64,000 bases of DNA. Source: Syntrophales bacterium. GTDB taxonomy: Bacteria; Desulfobacterota; Syntrophia; Syntrophales; JACQWR01. Below are positions 59,767-64,000 of this stretch, one piece after another (the first letter of the stretch is position 1; each line of letters starts with the position of its first letter). The translations under genes and the position numbers were made by a program. Location: the NCBI GenBank assembly GCA_049302035.1, contig JBAQLR010000132.1, positions 42,173-106,172 of the forward strand, given 5' to 3'. The notes under the pieces are model-generated. The model was given only the letters and a program-made list of their open reading frames with translations. It was not told the DNA's origin and made no database searches.

Positions 59767-59830
59767 GACGCAGTTTAATTATCATCAACGGGGTGCTATT
59801 AGCATATGCGAAAGGCTGGGCAAACTGAAA

Positions 59831-60724
59831 GTGGCGACCTCTAAGAAATTAATTGGGTGTATCCTGGCATGCCTGCTTTTCGTCACTTTGATCAGTTCCG
59901 CGCAGGCGGGGGAGGGGAAGCAAGAGCGGCGGAAGCTGCGCGTAGTCGCGTCGTTTTATCCCATGTACATCATGGCTCTGAATGTCTGCAAGGATGTGCC
60001 GGAGCTTGAACTCATTAATCTTACTCCTCCGGCCACCGGTTGTCTCCACGATTATGCCCTCACGACCGCCGATATGCAAAAGCTCGAAAGAGCAGATGTT
60101 TTCATTGGCAACGGTGCGGGGATGGAGTCCTTTCTCAGTCAGATAGCTGCGAGCTATCCCCACATCAAAATTGTTGAACTCGCCACGGGCATTCCGTTGA
60201 TCAAGAGCGCTGCCGCCCCCAACCCCCACGTGTGGGTAAGCGTCGCCAATGCCATCGTGGAAGTGCAGAACCTCGCAGCCTTTATGGCCCGGGTTGATGC
60301 GGCCCACGCGGCCCGCTATCAGCAAAATACCCGGGATTACGTGGCTCGCCTGGAAGTACTGCGCCGGGAAATGCGTACCGCGCTGGATGTTTATCGTGGC
60401 ATGCCATTGATCACCTTTCACGAAGCATTTGCCTATTTTGCAGAGGAATTCGGTCTTAAGTTGGCAGGCGTCATAGACCGTGAACCCGGCAGCTCTCCCA
60501 ACGCCAAAGAGCTGGCTGAGACGATTGCGACCATCAAAAAACTGCGCATTAAGGCGCTCTTTACGGAACCGCAATATCCCGTCACCGCCGCCGCTATAAT
60601 CGCCAGGGAAACGGGCCTTCCCCTGCACCACCTCAATCCAGCCGTTAACGGGCCTGTGAGCGCCGATGCCTATATCACTATCATGCGGCGGAATCTCACC
60701 TCCTTGCAAACCGCTTTTAAGTAA
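59831..60724 (+). CDS. metal (Zn/Mn-type) ABC transporter substrate-binding protein, TroA/ZnuA family
   Basis: After the GTG 59831 start comes the signal peptide ATSKKLIGCILACLLFVTLISSAQA. VVASFYPMY, HDYALT, NPHVWVS and FHEAFAYFAEEFGL motifs are present. Start is uncertain, since the track ORF begins at 59717 inside the palindrome/promoter. Confidence 0.8.
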   Translation: MATSKKLIGCILACLLFVTLISSAQAGEGKQERRKLRVVASFYPMYIMALNVCKDVPELELINLTPPATGCLHDYALTTADMQKLERADVFIGNGAGMESFLSQIAASYPHIKIVELATGIPLIKSAAAPNPHVWVSVANAIVEVQNLAAFMARVDAAHAARYQQNTRDYVARLEVLRREMRTALDVYRGMPLITFHEAFAYFAEEFGLKLAGVIDREPGSSPNAKELAETIATIKKLRIKALFTEPQYPVTAAAIIARETGLPLHHLNPAVNGPVSADAYITIMRRNLTSLQTAFK

Positions 60725-60733
60725 CGGGGGATA

Positions 60734-61498
60734 ATGGATATTTCTGTACTGAATGCCTGCGATCATTGCTGTACCCGTATTGAGCAATTGAGTGTCCGGC
60801 TGCAAAATCAACTTATCCTGGATAAGGTAAATCTACACGTTAATTGCCGTGAGCTTTTAGCCATTGTTGGTCCCAATGGCGCCGGAAAAAGTACGCTGCT
60901 CAAGGCCATACTGGGCGCGGTTCCCTATACCGGCCGGATCATCTGGCAGATCCGGGGGAAAAAGGAGGACCGGCCACGCATTGGCTATGTGCCGCAAACG
61001 CTCGATTTTGATCGCGAGGCGCCTGTAAGTGTCGCCGATTTGTTCGCCTCTGCCACCAGCCACCGACCAGTCTGGCTCGGTGTTTCCAAGAGAGAGCGGC
61101 TGCGGATTGCCAAATCCCTTGATGCCGTATCTGCCAGCCATCTCCTGGGAAAGCGTATTGGTGATCTCTCCGGCGGGGAATTGCAGCGGGTGCTTCTTTG
61201 TCTGGCGCTTACCGCCAACCCCGATATCCTGCTCCTCGATGAGCCGGTGGCAGGGATTGATACGACAGGGGTTGATCTTTTTCTGACAATTGTTAAAGAA
61301 CTCCTCGCCTCTCTGGATATTGCGGTTCTCATGGTGACCCATGATCTTCTGGGTGTTGCCCCCCATGCCAACCGCATGCTGCTTCTGAATCGCAGAGTGA
61401 TCGCAGAAGGAACACCCGCGGAAGTCCTGGCATCGCATCAGATGGCAGACGCCTTTTCCCAGCCACACGCGGAAAAAGGCCTTTACCACAGGGGATAA
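60734..61498 (+). CDS. metal ABC transporter ATP-binding protein
   Basis: Walker A GPNGAGKSTLLK, signature LSGGELQRV and Walker B LLLDEP. Confidence 0.9.
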   Translation: MDISVLNACDHCCTRIEQLSVRLQNQLILDKVNLHVNCRELLAIVGPNGAGKSTLLKAILGAVPYTGRIIWQIRGKKEDRPRIGYVPQTLDFDREAPVSVADLFASATSHRPVWLGVSKRERLRIAKSLDAVSASHLLGKRIGDLSGGELQRVLLCLALTANPDILLLDEPVAGIDTTGVDLFLTIVKELLASLDIAVLMVTHDLLGVAPHANRMLLLNRRVIAEGTPAEVLASHQMADAFSQPHAEKGLYHRG

Positions 61499-61502
61499 AG
61501 TT

Positions 61503-62393
61503 ATGGTCTTGAGGCTGCTTAACTTAATATTGACGGCCTGGCATCAGGCAATTGCCTCATTTCCCTTTGCTTGGGCAGAGTATGAATTCATGCGCACGGC
61601 ACTCCTGGGCGTCATCGTTGTGGCGCCCCTTTTCGCCCTGGTCGGAACGATGGTCATCAACAATCGGATGGCCTTTTTTTCAGACGTTCTCGGCCATTCC
61701 GCCCTCACTGGCGTGGCGATCGGGGTGTTGGCGGGCCTGGCTGAGCCGCTTTGGGCCATGGTAGGTTTTGCGGCGCTGCTGGCCTTGAGTTTTAACCTTA
61801 TTAAGCTATGGACGGGCACTTCCTCCGATACCATCCTGGGGGTGCTCTTTGCCGCAACCGTATCCTTCGGCATTGTTATCCTCAGTCGTAATGGGGGATT
61901 CAACAGGTACACTCCCTATCTGATCGGCGACGTACTGGCAGTTACTCCTCTGCACATTCTCATTCTTGCTGCCTTCTCCCTGGTAATGGTAGGCTTCTGG
62001 GTAATTTTCGGCAACCCCCTGGTTTTAGTGAGCTTGAATCCTATCCTGGCAAAGAGCCGCGGTATCTCGCCATTCCTTTTGGAGACCGCATTCGCCCTTC
62101 TTCTAGCCACACTGGTTGCATTGTCTATACGGATGGTGGGAATACTCATCATCAGTGCCCTCCTTGTGCTGCCCGCTGCAGCGGCGCGCAATGTTACAAG
62201 GACTGTTTGCAGCTATTCCATATTGTCAGTGGGTATAAGCTTTTTTTCCGCGATTACCGGGCTCATTTTCTCCTATTATTCGGGTACGGCCTCAGGGGCA
62301 ACCATTGTGCTTGTGGCCTCCGGTATATATGTCTGCCTGGCGGTGATAGGTTTTATCGCAAAGAATGGCTTTTGGCAGGGTAGCAACTGCTGA
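61503..62393 (+). CDS. metal ABC transporter permease (ABC-3 family)
   Basis: Polytopic protein with FFSDVLGHSALTG and ILVLPAAAAR motifs typical of ZnuB/TroC-type permeases. Confidence 0.88.
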   Translation: MVLRLLNLILTAWHQAIASFPFAWAEYEFMRTALLGVIVVAPLFALVGTMVINNRMAFFSDVLGHSALTGVAIGVLAGLAEPLWAMVGFAALLALSFNLIKLWTGTSSDTILGVLFAATVSFGIVILSRNGGFNRYTPYLIGDVLAVTPLHILILAAFSLVMVGFWVIFGNPLVLVSLNPILAKSRGISPFLLETAFALLLATLVALSIRMVGILIISALLVLPAAAARNVTRTVCSYSILSVGISFFSAITGLIFSYYSGTASGATIVLVASGIYVCLAVIGFIAKNGFWQGSNC

Positions 62394-62459
62394 AAGGCGC
62401 ATGTGGAGCTGCAAGAACGTTCGGGGCATATCTTCATCTGTCCGGAAAGAGGGCAATAG

Positions 62460-64000
62460 ATGCAGGAATATGAAATCCTAAAACTGTTGGTGCTTATTTT
62501 CAGCGTTTCCGCTTGCGTCGTTTTTCTCCTGCACAAAATCAATGTTCCTCCTTTGGTTGGCTTTATAGTGTCCGGCGTGCTGATCGGCCCTTCCGGTTTT
62601 GGACTGGCCAACAACACGGCAGACATCGAGCTTCTAGCCGAGATCGGCGTGGTTCTGCTGCTCTTTGTCATTGGCATCGAGTCATCTTTAGCAAATCTCG
62701 TGAAAATGAAAAAACAGGTACTGCGGATTGGCGGCGCTCAATTTATCCTGGCTACAACTTTGACCACCACGCTGCTTTTTTCAGTGCTGGGTGACGTAAA
62801 GCAAGGCATCTTCATTGGTTTTCTCATCGCCCTGAGCAGTACCGCCATCGTCCTTAAGATGCTTGCGGAAAAGGGAGAAATCGATTCCCCCCACGGCCGG
62901 ATCATGTTGGGTATCCTGATCTTTCAGGATATTGTCGTTGTCCCTCTCATGTTGATTACACCGCTACTGGGAGGGCGGGGATTTGATTTTGTGGAGCTAG
63001 TCGTGAAGATGGCCAAGGCCGTTACTTTGGTAGTGGTCATCCTCGTGGCGGCGCGCTGGGTTGTCCCTAAAGTGCTTCATCAAGTCGTCCATGTGAAGAG
63101 CCGGGAACTTTTTGTAACTACAATTATCTTGCTTTGTCTCGGCACAGCGCTGCTTACTTCCCAAGCCGGACTATCCCTGGCTCTGGGCGCTTTTCTTGCG
63201 GGCCTCATCGTTTCTGAATCGGAGTATGCACACCAGGCGATGTCGGACATCCTCCCCTTCAAAGACAGTTTTATCGGCTTGTTTTTTGTTTCCCTGGGGA
63301 TGCTCATGGACGCTGCCTATATGGTGGATCAGTGGCCGATGGTTGTCTCGGCGGTATTGGTCATCCTGTTTATAAAGGTGGTTACTACCACCGTGGCGGC
63401 TTTTAGCGCCGGTACGCCAATCAGGCCCGCACTCATGGCTGGACTCGGTATTGCACAAATTGGTGAATTTTCTTTTGTGCTGGCCGGAACCGGGCGCGCC
63501 ACAGGGGTGATTGACGGAGAATTCTACCAGATGTTTCTTGCGGCATCCCTCATCACGATGCTACTTACGCCCTTTATGATGAAGGCAGCCCCGAGATTTT
63601 CGAATTGGGCATCGAACAGAATTTTCCCAAAAAGTTTCCACAAAGTTGCCGTTGCTGCGGCAGGCTCGACCTTTCCCAAAAACAATTTTGCTCAGGTGGT
63701 GATTGTGGGGTTTGGGCTAAATGGCAAGAATCTGGCGCGGGTCCTGCGACAGGCGGCGATTTCTTATGTTGTGCTGGAAATGAATAAGGATACCGTAAGG
63801 GAAATGAAAAAGGAAGGAGAGCCCATCTACTATGGAGACGGGACAAGCGCAACCATCCTGGAAAAAATTGGGTTACGGCAGGCTAAGGTTCTGGTGTTGG
63901 CAATTTCCGATGCCGCATCGACACGGCGTATCCTCCAGACAGCTCGCACAGAACATGGTTCATTGCACATCATTGTGCGTACCAGATATGTTTCTGAAGT
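62460..64000 (+). CDS. Kef-type monovalent cation:proton antiporter (CPA2) with RCK/TrkA-N domain, 3'-truncated by window end
   Basis: Not in the supplied track because no stop occurs before the window end. My translation from ATG 62460 is open to 64000. It reads MQEYEILKLLVLIF..PPLVGFIVSGVLIGPSGFGL..ELLAEIGVVLLLFVIGIE..GAFLAGLIVSESEY, then a Rossmann segment VVIVGFGLNGKNLARVL. Confidence 0.85.
   Translation, partial: MQEYEILKLLVLIFSVSACVVFLLHKINVPPLVGFIVSGVLIGPSGFGLANNTADIELLAEIGVVLLLFVIGIESSLANLVKMKKQVLRIGGAQFILATTLTTTLLFSVLGDVKQGIFIGFLIALSSTAIVLKMLAEKGEIDSPHGRIMLGILIFQDIVVVPLMLITPLLGGRGFDFVELVVKMAKAVTLVVVILVAARWVVPKVLHQVVHVKSRELFVTTIILLCLGTALLTSQAGLSLALGAFLAGLIVSESEYAHQAMSDILPFKDSFIGLFFVSLGMLMDAAYMVDQWPMVVSAVLVILFIKVVTTTVAAFSAGTPIRPALMAGLGIAQIGEFSFVLAGTGRATGVIDGEFYQMFLAASLITMLLTPFMMKAAPRFSNWASNRIFPKSFHKVAVAAAGSTFPKNNFAQVVIVGFGLNGKNLARVLRQAAISYVVLEMNKDTVREMKKEGEPIYYGDGTSATILEKIGLRQAKVLVLAISDAASTRRILQTARTEHGSLHIIVRTRYVSE

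Noticed and set aside
59849-60811. 320-aa antisense ORF covering the substrate-binding-protein gene (also 60857..61489 opposite the ABC ATPase)
   Set aside because: Long only because the sense genes lack the complementary stop triplets. It has no domain signatures, whereas the sense strand encodes complete TroA and ABC motifs.

Overview
Gene-dense chromosomal window with about 65 protein genes on both strands and many 1-4 nt start/stop overlaps. From gene content and order (not a database hit), it looks like core genome of an anaerobic, sigma-54-using Gram-negative of the Desulfobacterota/deltaproteobacterial type. I found no rRNA, tRNA, CRISPR array, transposase, integrase-bounded island or prophage. 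Layout: (1) 0-20 kb holds a HIT hydrolase, a LapA-like protein, mog, a divergent EF-G paralog and secA. These are followed by the classic rpsB-tsf-pyrH-frr-uppS-cdsA-dxr-rseP block, then tsaB, psd-pssA, asd, rsmD, coaD, an aminotransferase and an MTAP-family phosphorylase. (2) 20-27 kb holds a long GpsA-like dehydrogenase, transcribed divergently from a GT4 glycosyltransferase plus a 1441-aa twin-activase/dehydratase-like fusion (BCR/HAD family, PlsA/PlsR-like). This is a candidate ether-lipid/plasmalogen locus. (3) 27-38 kb holds xerD, a TPR protein and kdsA-kdsC-lptC-lptA-lptB-rpoN-hpf-ptsN-hprK-rapZ. (4) 38-43 kb holds an M23 peptidase, coaBC, a family-4 UDG and NfeD-SPFH. (5) 43.4-49 kb is the most interesting part. 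It is a partner-switching set (PP2C phosphatase, STAS protein, RsbW-type kinase fused to a large P-loop NTPase) with no sigma factor. It sits in one operon with a GAF-HD-GYP c-di-GMP phosphodiesterase and an RHH-PilZ protein, next to a zinc-ribbon protein. (6) 49-64 kb holds eno, crt-hbd, a decayed pcnB remnant and glnK-amtB behind a near-consensus sigma-54 promoter. It also holds a PLD/Nuc-like protein with a degenerate HKD motif, a CDF exporter, an MFS gene fragment, dinB, a DUF493 protein, a macro-domain protein and a metal ABC importer. A Kef-type antiporter ORF runs off the window end and is missing from the supplied ORF track. All functional calls rest on motifs I could read in the translations. 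No alignments or searches were run.
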